Shown here piece by piece: positions 1 to 11,598 of a stretch of 64,000 nucleotides of DNA; the first letter of the stretch is position 1, and each line of letters begins with the position of its first letter. This stretch comes from Orbicella franksi (taxonomy: Eukaryota). The notes beneath the pieces were generated by a model. That model had not been told where the DNA came from. It was given only the letters and a program-made list of their open reading frames with translations, and did no database searches. The translations under genes and the position numbers were made by a program. Location of the stretch: NCBI GenBank assembly GCA_964199315.1, contig OZ116702.1:13640001-13704000 (forward strand). Direction: 5' to 3'.

Positions 1-552
1 ACTTAGATTATATTTTCAAAACACTCTGTCAACCTTGAGGGACAAAGTCGGCTCATTGCGCTTGCGTAGCTCTAACGTTCCTATTTCTCTACTTTTTACT
101 CACTCTCCTATTCCAGCCATCTTCTACCATCACCATCTTGAATTCATTACCCATCAACTTTTTTCCCACTTTTCTCCCCATACATTTCCTTTACCAAATA
201 AAAAAATGGGAAATTGAGCCTATAGGTACCCCCTGTATAATGGTAACATTAATTTCCTTTAATATTAATCAGCACTTCCTTCAAAATATTTTTGGTTTCT
301 TGCTTATAATAAAGAGAACCAGTTCAGAACAAACCAGATTTTTATAGATTCGTGCATAACTCAACGTTGCTAAATCAAATTATTACAAGAAAAATATTAA
401 ATCCTTGCTTTTTAAATGGATATTAGAAAAAAGGCTAATTCAAATATGCTAAAGAAACAATATATTTGTATTGAATTCTGTTAAATATCTTTTCAAGAAA
501 GGAGGATTTTGAAGTGAACAACTGTCTTTCACCTGTATTTACTGGAGTTGAT

Positions 553-1836
553 GAACTCGAACAGAATGGTATTGAAGTTGTTGGAACACACTACTCAGTG
601 AAATGGTAAATAAATTATTGAGTTATTCTATGGTATCTGTTACAGTCAAGACGACGAACTTTCTTAAGGGACTAAGTGAAAAAAGAAAAAGAAAACGCAG
701 AAGTGTTTCCCTTTGATGTTCACTGAACAAGGTTTCTAAAATCCCAATTTATGACCAAAAAATTCAGACATTTCTTTTGAAATACTGTCTACTGGCAGGG
801 AAGGGTCTTAATGGTACACAATCTAATATTAATGGCCTATATTTTCCAGGTACTGCTGTTCCGACTGGAAATTTCTAGGAATGGTTTATGGATTAAACGA
901 TGCCACTGCAAGGTTTTTTGCATATGGTGCTATTGTACAAGGGCACAAATCTGTGATTTTACAAGTAAGTTATCAATGCTGAATGCCAACAGGTTTAGGT
1001 TGGAGAATTACTGGGGTTTTCAAAGCATCACTCAAACCTCAAAAAATTGTCCAAGTTGATCACCAAAGTGGCAATAAATTTGGTCAAATTTAACTTTTTT
1101 CTATAGCAAAGGGTTTTCAAACTGAATGGTTTACCAAGCATCGTCATCAATCCTTATTGCCCCCAGTGGGGCATGGAGCCACATGGTTTACCAATGCACT
1201 TGGGCAAATGAACAACAGTGGAATGATGTTTTAAAATACGTGGGTCTACACACTGCACTGAAATTGGCTGTAATTTACTAAAACTTTTCATTTTTGCACT
1301 ACACATTCTAAGCTATGGGCAGTAAAATCAGGAATGCATCAAGAGTGTTAATGAAATACATTTTGCTGGCTTGTGTAAAATGTTATAATATATCAACATT
1401 TCCATGTTTGATTTATTTTCAGTAAGAGACTGGCCAATTGAAAGGACTTTGGAGGAATGTGAATGTAACAGCAGCGGAAAAACAACTGAACAGAGAAAAG
1501 GCTCCATTCAAAGGCCATTGCTACCAATCACATTTGAACAAGTCATCATCTACACACTACCCCTATTTCTCAGGATAATGGGACTACTGTTTCATCAGGT
1601 AAGATAAAACTTTTCGTGCGGTCTACATTATTTCACACATTGCACGTTTTTGAAATTGAACTTTTATGTGTATCTTATTTTAAGCATTTCTTTTTGAAGG
1701 TTATTGAGCTTGTAATCAACAAAAAACGAAAAGAAATCCTTGAAACTAAGCTTGAGAGAATTGGAGTGCCTTTCAAATTCTACAAGGTGCAATGTGAAGA
1801 TGGGCCATCTAAAACCCAGTGGACAAGCTTAGATGG
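553..1836 (+). pseudogene. Decayed spliced RAG1/Transib/Chapaev-type DDE transposase (catalytic-core exons)
   Basis: Exons bounded by AG/GT at about 553-605, 851-963, 1423-1598 and 1699-1836. They read ELEQNGIEVVGTHYSVKW / YCCSDWKFLGMVYGLNDATARFF-(frameshift)-CIWCYCT / GSIQRPLLPITFEQVIIYTLPLFLRIMGLL / LERIGVPFKFYK...WTSLDG. The D-x-K...GL...CxxC and (ID)xLHxxLR motifs parallel RAG1 YDEK...GLEAS...CTLC and IDALH. Frameshifted and substituted. Confidence 0.5.
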
Positions 1837-2582
1837 TAACATTTTATGCATTATCTATCCCAAACTTGTGAAACTGAAACACAGTTTCATTAATATATAC
1901 TTGTAGGTCTGTAAATAATAACAATGGGCATATAATACCAAAAACAGAAAAAGAAACCTCCAAAATATTGAACAGAATTGTAGTTTGTGTGTTACTGTAT
2001 ATTATGTTGATTTCTTTTGTTATTTTTCTCTCGGAAAAATTAGCTCGTAATGGCTGCTCTTAAATTAAAGTCCACATGATATGCCACAGTCAAGAAGGGA
2101 TCAAGAGGAAGAAGAAATGTTGGTCATTGACTTTTGTTTGTTTTGGTGGCTCCTAAAGGAGCCGTTTTGTGTTTTATTGATGTTGGCACGTTGAGTCTTC
2201 TTCACCGTCTACTCTTCATCAGAACTGGAACTGATCCAGGACAAGTTGATTCTTTCTATGAAAGAAAAATTAACATGAATTAGAGCCCATAAAAACCATA
2301 GCTCAGAGGGAGAGATATTGTGACAATTAAGAACAAGTCAAATAGAATTTGGAAGAGCCCTTGTAGAACCAGCCATATGTCAAACCTATGTTGACACTAT
2401 TTTTTCACTATGTCGAACTATGTTTAAGCTATGCATTGCTTCAGACTGCCTACGTGGTAACTATGTAACATAATTGATTACATAGTTCAGGGTATGTTAA
2501 ACATATTTTGGAACAATGCCAAAGCTATTTGAAATTTAAATAGTATTTAAATATATGAGTAATAACGAAGAGGCAAGATTTG

Positions 2583-2623
2583 CTGTTACTCCGAGTTTCG
2601 TGCTTACGCACTCATCAGACAGT
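2583..2623 (-). ncRNA. Second hammerhead copy in the inverted pLTR
   Basis: Exact reverse complement of 4741-4781. Confidence 0.8.
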
Positions 2624-2929
2624 ATTTAATGATAAGCATTCCTATCAACTAGATATATATACACGGTATTAAACAATAGGCTAATTGCTGGACTAGTTGC
2701 ATTACAATAAGTGATAGTTATACTGGAAAACAATAGGTGTGAAGACAGAAATTACGGGGACGAGTATAAACTGCGTGGGTGCAGTACAATATAAAGAAAG
2801 TGTCAAGCGTTCTTCAAGTAGAATTTGTTCTCGTGCCGGCATTTAGAAATAAGTTCTGATCTTTTGTTTAGTAGATTGTCGTTGCTATGTTTGATAATCA
2901 TTAGTCAAGTCATTGCTCAAGTCATTGCT

Positions 2930-4561
2930 ACTAATCTGAACATTGACGACCGCGCGGAACGCATGGCTGAACGACAGGCTTTTATAACACTCAAAGACCA
3001 TAAAGACAACTTCCAGAACAAACCTACATGTAGACTCATTAACCCTGCAAAAAGTGAGATTGGACGTATCAGTAAAGAAATCCTCGCGAACATTAACACG
3101 ACTGTGAGACAGAAGACCGGCCTTAACCAATGGAAAAACTCATCATCCGTCATCAACTGGTTCTCCTCTATACAACACAAAGATCAACATACCTTCGCCG
3201 TATTTGACATTGAGAACTTCTACCCTTCCATTACTGAGAAACTTCTTACAGACGCAATCAACTTCGCCAAACAATTCACTTCCATTACGGACCGCGACAC
3301 CGATATTATTATGCATTCAAGAAAATCCCTTCTCTTTGACAGTAACACCGCCTGGATCAAGAAAAACAACAGTTCTTTTGACGTTACTATGGGCAGCTTC
3401 GACGGAGCCGAAGTATGCGAGCTCGTAGGCTTATTCATTCTCGACGACCTGTGTAACATATACGGGATAGACAACATCGGGCTTTACAGAGACGACGGAC
3501 TTGCCATCTTCAAAAACATCTCCGGACCTCAAGCAGACCGTACAAGGAAGGACATAACAAGACGCTTCAAGACATATGGACTTAACATTACCATACAGAC
3601 TAACATGAAAATTGTTAACTACCTGGACGTCACCTTCGATCTTACAAAAGGTACCTACTGCCCCTACAGAAAGCCTAACGACGAGCCGCAGTACATCAAC
3701 ACAAAGTCTAACCACCCACCTAACATAATAAAGCAACTTCCAGCATCCATCAATCGCCGTATTTCCGCCAACTCATGCAACGAACACGAATTCAACAAGG
3801 CCAAACCAATCTACGAAACTGCTTTGAAAGCCAGCGGATACTCTGAAACACTAATTTACAACGAAGACAATCAACCAACACGCCCCCGACGCAACAGACA
3901 AAGAAACATTATATGGTACAACCCTCCATTTAGTAAAAACGTAAAGACAAACATCGGTAGAACATTCCTGAAGCTCATATCTAAGCACTTTCCGAACCAA
4001 CATAAATACCACAGCCTCTTCAACAAAAACAACGTCAAAGTCAGCTACAGTTGCATGGACAACATGAAAACAGTAATCAACAAACACAACATGAAAATAA
4101 CAAACGCCGACAACAACGCCAACACAATCACCGGAGAGCAATGCAACTGCCGCAAAAAAGACCAATGCCCGCTAGACAACAAATGCCTGACTTCCAGTGT
4201 AATCTACAACGCACAAGTTACAACTAACAACACAACCAAGAACTACATTGGACTGACAGAAGGAACATTCAAACAGAGATTCTCGCAGCACAAATCCACA
4301 TTTAAGCACAGAAAACACATCAACAGCACCGAGCTTTCTAAATACATCTGGCAACTACACGACAAAAAACAAGACTTCAACATCAAATGGTCAATTATTA
4401 GCCGTGCAAGACCCTACAACAACATTTCCAAACGATGCGACCTCTGCCTCACAGAAAAACTAATGATTATCAAACATAGCAACGACAATCTACTAAACAA
4501 AAGATCAGAACTTATTTCTAAATGCCGGCACGAGAACAAATTCTACTTGAAGAACGCTTGA
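2930..4561 (+). CDS. Penelope-like reverse transcriptase + GIY-YIG endonuclease (N-terminally truncated, otherwise open)
   Basis: RT motifs FDIENFYPSI, TMGSFDGAEVCELVG, GLYRDDGL; Cys linker CNCRKKDQCPLDNKC; GIY-YIG VIYNAQV...KNYIGLTEGTFKQRFSQH; C-terminal CDLCLTEK. The first ~35 aa of the ORF-track protein (2825-2929) come from the inverted repeat and junction. Confidence 0.9.
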   Translation, partial: TNLNIDDRAERMAERQAFITLKDHKDNFQNKPTCRLINPAKSEIGRISKEILANINTTVRQKTGLNQWKNSSSVINWFSSIQHKDQHTFAVFDIENFYPSITEKLLTDAINFAKQFTSITDRDTDIIMHSRKSLLFDSNTAWIKKNNSSFDVTMGSFDGAEVCELVGLFILDDLCNIYGIDNIGLYRDDGLAIFKNISGPQADRTRKDITRRFKTYGLNITIQTNMKIVNYLDVTFDLTKGTYCPYRKPNDEPQYINTKSNHPPNIIKQLPASINRRISANSCNEHEFNKAKPIYETALKASGYSETLIYNEDNQPTRPRRNRQRNIIWYNPPFSKNVKTNIGRTFLKLISKHFPNQHKYHSLFNKNNVKVSYSCMDNMKTVINKHNMKITNADNNANTITGEQCNCRKKDQCPLDNKCLTSSVIYNAQVTTNNTTKNYIGLTEGTFKQRFSQHKSTFKHRKHINSTELSKYIWQLHDKKQDFNIKWSIISRARPYNNISKRCDLCLTEKLMIIKHSNDNLLNKRSELISKCRHENKFYLKNA

Positions 4562-4740
4562 CACTTTCTTTATATTGTACTGCACCCACGCAGTTTATAC
4601 TCGTCCCCGTAATTTCTGTCTTCACACCTATTGTTTTCCAGTATAACTATCACTTATTGTAATGCAACTAGTCCAGCAATTAGCCTATTGTTTAATACCG
4701 TGTATATATATCTAGTTGATAGGAATGCTTATCATTAAAT

Positions 4741-4781
4741 ACTGTCTGATGAGTGCGTAAGCACGAAACTCGGAGTAACAG
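4741..4781 (+). ncRNA. Minimal type I hammerhead ribozyme in the PLE pLTR
   Basis: actgt-CTGATGA-gtgc gtaa gcac-GAAA-ctc g gag-TA-acag. Full core present; stem II GTGC/GCAC; stem III CTC/GAG with a 1-nt loop; stem I CTGT/ACAG; predicted cleavage after GUA at 4777. Confidence 0.85.
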
Positions 4782-5029
4782 CAAATCTTGCCTCTTCGTT
4801 ATTACTCATATACTCAGCTCTACACTATATGTGTATTGAGCACTATTTTAATAGGATCTGCTACTTCCTCATATGGTTAGTATTTAAATATCTATGTCAA
4901 TACTATGTAGAATCTTTACATAGTTTTAAAATAGCTATTTATTTACTATGTAATGGATAGCCCTGCTTTAATTTGCTTACTACCTACACTGTATGTATTA
5001 ACTTGCTTGACACAGTGCCGATTTCACCA

Positions 5030-5188
5030 TTTCCAGACCACTGGTAACGGTAGCACTCTGAATGATTGTAGTGCAGCTTTCTCTGTATCAGCCGCACTTC
5101 CGAAACTGCTCCATCTCACTCGGTATTCTTTTCGGCCGTCAATGGACTTTACAGCCAAAACTTTTGACACTTTGTAGTACTTTGACAT
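5030..5188 (-). pseudogene. Degenerate chromodomain-encoding first exon
   Basis: Minus strand reads MSKYYKVSKVLAVKSIDGRKEYRVRWSSFGSAADT-EKAALQSF, matching the chromo pattern Y-x-V-x-x-I/V-L...EY-x-V-K/R-W...D-T. The WEP segment is missing. A possible downstream exon lies at about 2257-2090 (strong acceptor tttttctttcatag, contains stops). Confidence 0.45.
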
Positions 5189-8100
5189 TTTCGCTCGGGG
5201 AGATGTAACTTTGACAAAGCTCAGTTGATAATGATAATCAGATCACTGAAAACAGTTTCCTTTAAAGCTAAAAATTGAAGAACACCGTAAATTACCATAC
5301 GACAAAAGCAGCGTTAATATTGCACGTGATGTTCTAAATTCAAATCAGTTTTAAGTCAGTGGTGTTTCAGTACAATTTAACATGGCATTTTCTTGAGGTA
5401 ATGCAGTGATTGCATGTTATTGATACGAAAAAGATACCTTTTGAGTCCAAAGCTCTATTTTGTATTGAATTGACCCACTCTTTTTAACATGCAAGGCATG
5501 GGTTTTGTAAAAATAACACTTCTTGCTCAAGTGCCGTGATATAATTGCATGTGTTATCATAACAATAGTTGTTTGTTGTTTATGAACATGCTTCTCTTAT
5601 TATTCAACAACTAAACCTTTTACCATAGCACTGTAAAGATTTTTTTTAATTGACCACGAGCAGTCCCTCATTTCTAATACATTAGCCCTTGTCCATTTCC
5701 TGCTGCCATTTCTCTACTTGTGCTCATCAGGTTCACGCTCGATGAACTACGAAAAAGTAAAAAAAAAGCAGTTTAAGATCTAGTGGCATAATTAAAATTA
5801 AATTCAAAAGTTCCAAACTTTTAAACTGCAAGGTGTCTGGGTCAAAAGAGCATGGTTATTGCCGAGACCATACCCAAAGGAGCCTGAAATCAAGTCGTGT
5901 CCAGATTCACACTTCCGGCACTTTTGATTTTCACAGAACAAGAACACATGTTCTGTCATTTTGAACACTTCGTTTGATTTTTTCAGTCGATTTCTAGAAA
6001 TGTCAGAGGGCACGCGGGAGGAATCGCAATTGGTAAGATTCAACAGCGCGCTATATCGGTGTAACAACTGTTGTTTCAAACTTTCATTGTAGCTTACATT
6101 CAGAGACTGCGATGTAGCAGATTTTATAGAAATGGGGGCCCTTCTGGAAGACCACCTGACCTTATTAGATGCTTTAAGTAAAATTCTTGTATTTAACTTG
6201 CATTAGAACATAGCTATAGCAAAGCCACACATTCAGTATCATAAGCATGCACCATATTCCAATAGTACACGCTGGTGACCTGTGCCTGAACTGTGCATCG
6301 GTTGTGCCTTTCACATCTTTTTCTGTGTGCTAATGCACAAAAACAGGAATTTCGTGCATTTGCACAATCTTAGGTTATGTTACCGTTGTGTACACCAGTA
6401 GCTTGTGCAAGGCAATAAATTGTCTGCAAAAGTAGTTTGACATCCGTTTCCACTGGCAATATTCTAAGACAACTTGTAACTTCAGTGCTCGAAAAATGGA
6501 CTGGAAATGCGTTTGGCCTTAATAAAAGGTTTCACTATATTTTTATTCATTTTCAGACAAGGTCACCGTCGGAAAACGAGTTTGTGCGTTGGTAAGTAGT
6601 GAATTCTTATGTTCATAGCTGATGTTTAATGCTTTATTTTTCACTAATGAGTTAATTTTTTTGCATCTGTCACCTTTACAGGGACCAAATGGTTATTCTG
6701 GCCCTTTGTTTCATTGCAGAGCAGCCAACGATACAGGAGTTGCATTAAAATGGTAAATATTCATTTTGAATTAGCTAAATTTGAGACTCTTCATAATAAT
6801 CTTTGGGATAAGCACAGCACAAGTTGAAGTTTTCTCTGGTGGGAGTGAGGACAACAAACCTGTGTCTGATAACAATGCTTGCATCCCACACGAAACGCAA
6901 ACAGAACTGTGTTCGCTTGATAGAAATCTATTATCTTTGTGTTTGAGCCTGCGAAACTAGCGAAAACTGCTTTTTGGAGGCAAGAAGTAGCAAGTTAGTG
7001 AATTGGAAGCCGTTCGACGTGTTTTCGTGGTAGCGAGACTTTCTAGTGGATAGCAAGGTGACCAGAATTTGATACATTTATTAGAAATACATGGAATAAC
7101 TGCAAGCGCATAAAATTTTAATTTATGTCATCAATATCTTACGTAGGCAAGTTAATGAAGAGAAAAGATGAGGAGCCAGAGGGAGGAGGCAGTGTGGGAA
7201 AAAAAAACATGTGTAAATGAGTGTAAATAAATGTAAAATGGGTTTAATTACAGTGTATAACCTGCTTGAGGATTATTCATTGCGATATTTGCTAGCATAA
7301 GTTGCGTTAAGATGTTTTAAGTAATGGTCCGCCTAAGAAGCAGGCAGCCCAGTGGCAAAAGTGATTAAAAGCTACGAAATATTAATTTTTAACTTCACTC
7401 TAATCGAGGCATCTGATTGGCTAATGAAGAAAAATGTCGAAAAAAGATGGGAAAAAATGAAAAAAAGGCTTTTTTGGACTTCTTCCTCCCCGTGCCCTTG
7501 ATCTCAGTCTCTCGGCCAAATTGGGGCATTGTTCTATGCGCCAATCAAAAGTTAGAGACTAAAACGTGATGTATCACTCGCGACGCCATTTTGGTTTGCG
7601 ATTGAAAAGGTGCTTCCCTGGACATCTAAAGCAAAAATCTTCACCTTATATTTGTGAAATCTATATATTACAGTCTATCGGAGTTTTTTATTATAAAGAA
7701 ATCAATTTCATAGTATTTAATCGTCGGTAAACCATCTTGAATGCCCTTCACAAAGCTTTGTTGAATGGGGTCACGGAGATGCGAGCATCAAAGAGATGTT
7801 TCAAACAACTTACGCCAAGGAAAAGTTCTGTGCTATAGGAAGGTTTAGTTTCTCTGGACACAAAGAACGAAAAAGGAAGATTTGTAGTTTCTGCTGGGAC
7901 AGAATTAAGCTTCAAAGAAGATGCGAAACACTCCAGGTAAGCTGTACTAAATTTTGAGAAATTCGCACCCATTGTTTTTCCAAATCTTACCGATGCTTGA
8001 AGTTTTTCCTGCCTGTGAAAGACCAGTATTTTCAGAATACTAAAAGCTCGAAATATTGTATTGTTAGACTGCGATAGATGCACGAGAAGAGGAATCGCAG

Positions 8101-11100
8101 TTCTTTAACGATGGTCCATATCAAAAACGGGATCAAAATCGTTTTGATGTTGATGTGGAGGCAGCAGCTAATGAATTGCCAGCTTTGGACATTGCAGCAC
8201 TTCCACAAGACAAAGCATGTCAGTGTCCTGAAGAGACAAATCTTCGATTCAGCTACGAAGCACTTCAAGAACAGCGAAAACGAGACCTACAAAATGAAAT
8301 CTTAGATAAAATAGAGAATCTTGTGACAGACTACACTTCTCTCGGTGAGGTTGGAGCTCATGCTATGATGAGAGACATTATTCAGCGTAAAAAGTTCCAG
8401 ACCAATTATAAAGATTTGTTTCAAAGGCCTTCTCAAACTGGAAATGACGATAAATTCTTGAGATCATTGGCAAGAGATTACATGGAATCCAAAGACCAGG
8501 AAACCAGCAAGCTAATTCATGCTCAGAGAGCAAAAGTTTCTCAGAAGTTATTGATTGGCAGGGGTATGAAAGAAAGCAAATTGGAAGTAAATGGGGCAGA
8601 CATTCAGGGGAAAAAAGAGTAGAACGGAGATGGCGAAAGTTATTGGATGAGTAAGCAAGTGCAGTGATGAACGACGAAGACTTCTTTCAATTGTGGCATG
8701 GGACTTCAGCCAATCAGTACTGCAATCGTATTTCCATTGCTCAAAAAGCACCATCACAGCTGCTAGAGTACATGCCATATTGTTTGGCAGGGGTGGTGTC
8801 CCTCAAGATGGACTGAAGTTTACCAGGCAAGCTGTGAATCCTGAAATAATTCAGGAATTTCAGGAATTCCTTCACCAAGATGATATCTCATGACCATCAT
8901 CGTGTAGAAGTGTTCTTGTGGATGGCAAAGAGACAGGTGTTCGCTACTGGCAGTGCGACATCAAAGATGTCATTCAGCAATACCAGCTGAAATTTCCTAA
9001 TGGTGTAAAGCGAAGTTACATTTATGCTCATGTTCCAAAGAATTTCCGTTCAAACTCAATGCTTGCTGGCCTGTGCAACCTATGTGACGATTTTGGTCAT
9101 TCTAACTTTGACTCCCTCCTTTCCCTCCTTGATGACCTAAAGAATGAAGGAGTTCTGGCTGATTCACACCTCCAGCTTGTAAAAGTCTGCAGAGAATATC
9201 AAAAGTTTCTCAAAGTGAAATTTAGTAAACAGGTACAGGTGCAATGTTTGCTATGTTTGTAAATAATCACATACAGCATATAAATGTAGCATTGTAGACT
9301 TTAAAATATTATTTTTTCAAAAAATTTGGGTTTGTTTTGTTTTTGAGTATTTATCCTTTTTGGCTTGAAAAATTCATATTGATGTTCTTTGGTTCTCAAT
9401 ACAGGATTGTACAGGGATGTGGTTTTTGTAAGAAGTAAAAGTAAAGCAAAGTGCAAATTACTGTGATGTCAGACCAAATGTTTCTTGTGATTTGCAGCCC
9501 TATACACATTACTGAAGAACAAAGCAAAGTTGCAAAGCATTTCTTCTTGAACAATGTCCCATCCATTAAGGAAAACTATGATATTATTTATACAGTATGT
9601 TGGTAAAAAAAATCCCTAAATCCGTTCTTATGCTTTGTAAATAATCAGAAAAGTTACACATACATTACATGTACAATATTCATGTACCTTTGGCACCTTT
9701 ATTTATAGAACATAAGAAGTGGTCCAGGTACCACTAACAGATTTGATGTTTGCCTAATGTTGCTTCACTCCAATACTTATTTTGATTCTAGGTTGAGAGG
9801 CATTCCACTTGTGCTGAACTGTGCCTTGACTATGCTCTTGGGGATTGTCAGTCACAACATGATCACCTTTCGCCAGTCTTAGAAAAGTTCAATGAGTTGA
9901 GAAACCAAGTCACTGAGGGAGTGGAGAGGGTTGGCAATCAGAGGAAAAGAGGGACATGCTTTTGAAGAACTGGAAGGAGGTCGTAACAAATCATAAAGAG
10001 TACCTTGCACATTTGATTCGCACCAAACATCAAGGTGGATACTACCAATACATCCTTGACAACCTTGCACCAGGAGAAATTGTGGTCATAATAGATTACA
10101 AAATGAAGGTTGAGCTTCGAATGAGAATAAGAGAGAATCAGCGAGAGTGGTATGATAAGAGAGGGATCTCCCTTCATGGATTCTTTGCTATTGCTCAGGT
10201 AAACAATTTATCCATACCAGTTTTCTTTCCTGATTCACTTATAAGCCATAATTTATTAACATTGATTATTATTGGAAAAAATAAAATAGGCATTGGTCTG
10301 TAGAGACTTCAGTAAACGTAAATGAATACGTTGTGGGCGGATGTGCCAACACAGAGTTCTTTGACTCTACATTGTATAGTTTGATAGCCTCAGTTTTATT
10401 CAGAATTGGGGATCATTGGTTGTATTTTGTTTATTTTCTTCATGACATAACCTGTCAAATCATATACAGGCTCTGTCAGTAGGTATTAAGCTCATTTTGT
10501 GTGTGTCAATTTGTTTAAGGGTTGATATTTTTAATTTTAGTCTACCGGTATTTCCCAAATGCAGTGTTGGATTTATTGTTGGACTCATTTTGAGTGAATA
10601 AATGTAAGTAAGCTTTACTCATTCTTCTTTTCCATACATGTGCACGTAGGTAGGAGAGGGTCTGTGAAATATTGAGGTTATTGACTTACGGTCTGATGAC
10701 ACCAAACAAGATGCTTGGTTCACACAAAGTGGCCTGGACATTGGTTTCAAGTGGCTGGAGTCAGTATATCCGGGCTTTTCTGTCTACTTGTTTTCTGGTA
10801 AGGAAACAAAGTTTATTTTGTAAGGAAAATTAGCTTCCAAGGTGTTTTCTTGCCAGTAAAACCTTGACCATTGTTGGGAATAGGCACTTTGGGAATCTAC
10901 ATGTGTCATACACTTTTCATTTGAAGAAGTTAAAGTTATCTAAAGTGGCATTGTTCTTAAAATTGATCATAGAAAAGATCCATTCCATTCAAAAAATTTT
11001 AACTTACATATATGTACTGTGCTGTTTATTTTTTTTAGACAATGGTCCCCATTACCATAACAGTAGAGCTCTGTGCTACCTGGCTGAGGTGAACAGTGTA

Positions 11101-11598
11101 TTCAATTTTACGCTCAAGGAGTACAGTGGAACCTTGATTTAACGAAGTGCCAAGGGACTGGGGAAATTTGTTTGTTATATCGAGGGTTCGTTAAATCGAA
11201 AACCTCAATTTAACGAATTTTCGGAAAAACAACCAAAATGTTCGTTATATAGAGGTTAGTTAATAATTAATTTTCATTGGTGTTAGATAGCACTACCCAG
11301 CATTTCTGGATCTGAACAATTACTAATAAGCACTCTTTCTTTAATGTCTATGTAACTATGTACTGTACAGATATGTACATAGCTACGGCACTTAGAAATT
11401 GCACAGGCAAACAAAACTGCTTAAAACTACATATAAAAAACATAAATACACATCTATATTGAGACGCTAATAAAAGATTACTTCCAATGGAGGTTTTTTT
11501 GTCATCAGTAAAAAATGCGTCCTCCGTTTAAGAAAAATGAACATGATATTAAACAAAACGGTAACAATTTTAACACTGTTCTAGTCCAATTAGGACTC

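Larger units (their letters stand above)
2552..4812 (+). mobile_element. 5'-truncated Penelope-like retroelement (GIY-YIG EN+ type, tentatively Naiad-like) with inverted pLTR
   Basis: RT + GIY-YIG ORF. 2552-2905 is the exact reverse complement of 4459-4812 (354 bp; no mismatch found by eye). No TSD seen, which is common for PLEs. Confidence 0.93.

Noticed and set aside
2825-2929. Hydrophobic N-terminus of the PLE ORF as a signal peptide
   Set aside because: It is the antisense of the element's own 3' end, read through the inversion junction.
4559-4740. Selenocysteine recoding/SECIS as described for some Naiad PLEs
   Set aside because: There is no internal in-frame TGA in the retained ORF and no ATGA SECIS core in the 3' UTR before the ribozyme.
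2541-4891. TAGTATTTAAATA on both sides of the PLE as a TSD
   Set aside because: The right copy (about 4878-4890) is some 65 bp from the element end, within AT-rich repetitive flank.
5700-6760. Short exon-like pieces (e.g. 6558-6593, 6681-6752) as a defined gene
   Set aside because: Splice signals are plausible, but I could not assemble a consistent frame or recognise a domain.
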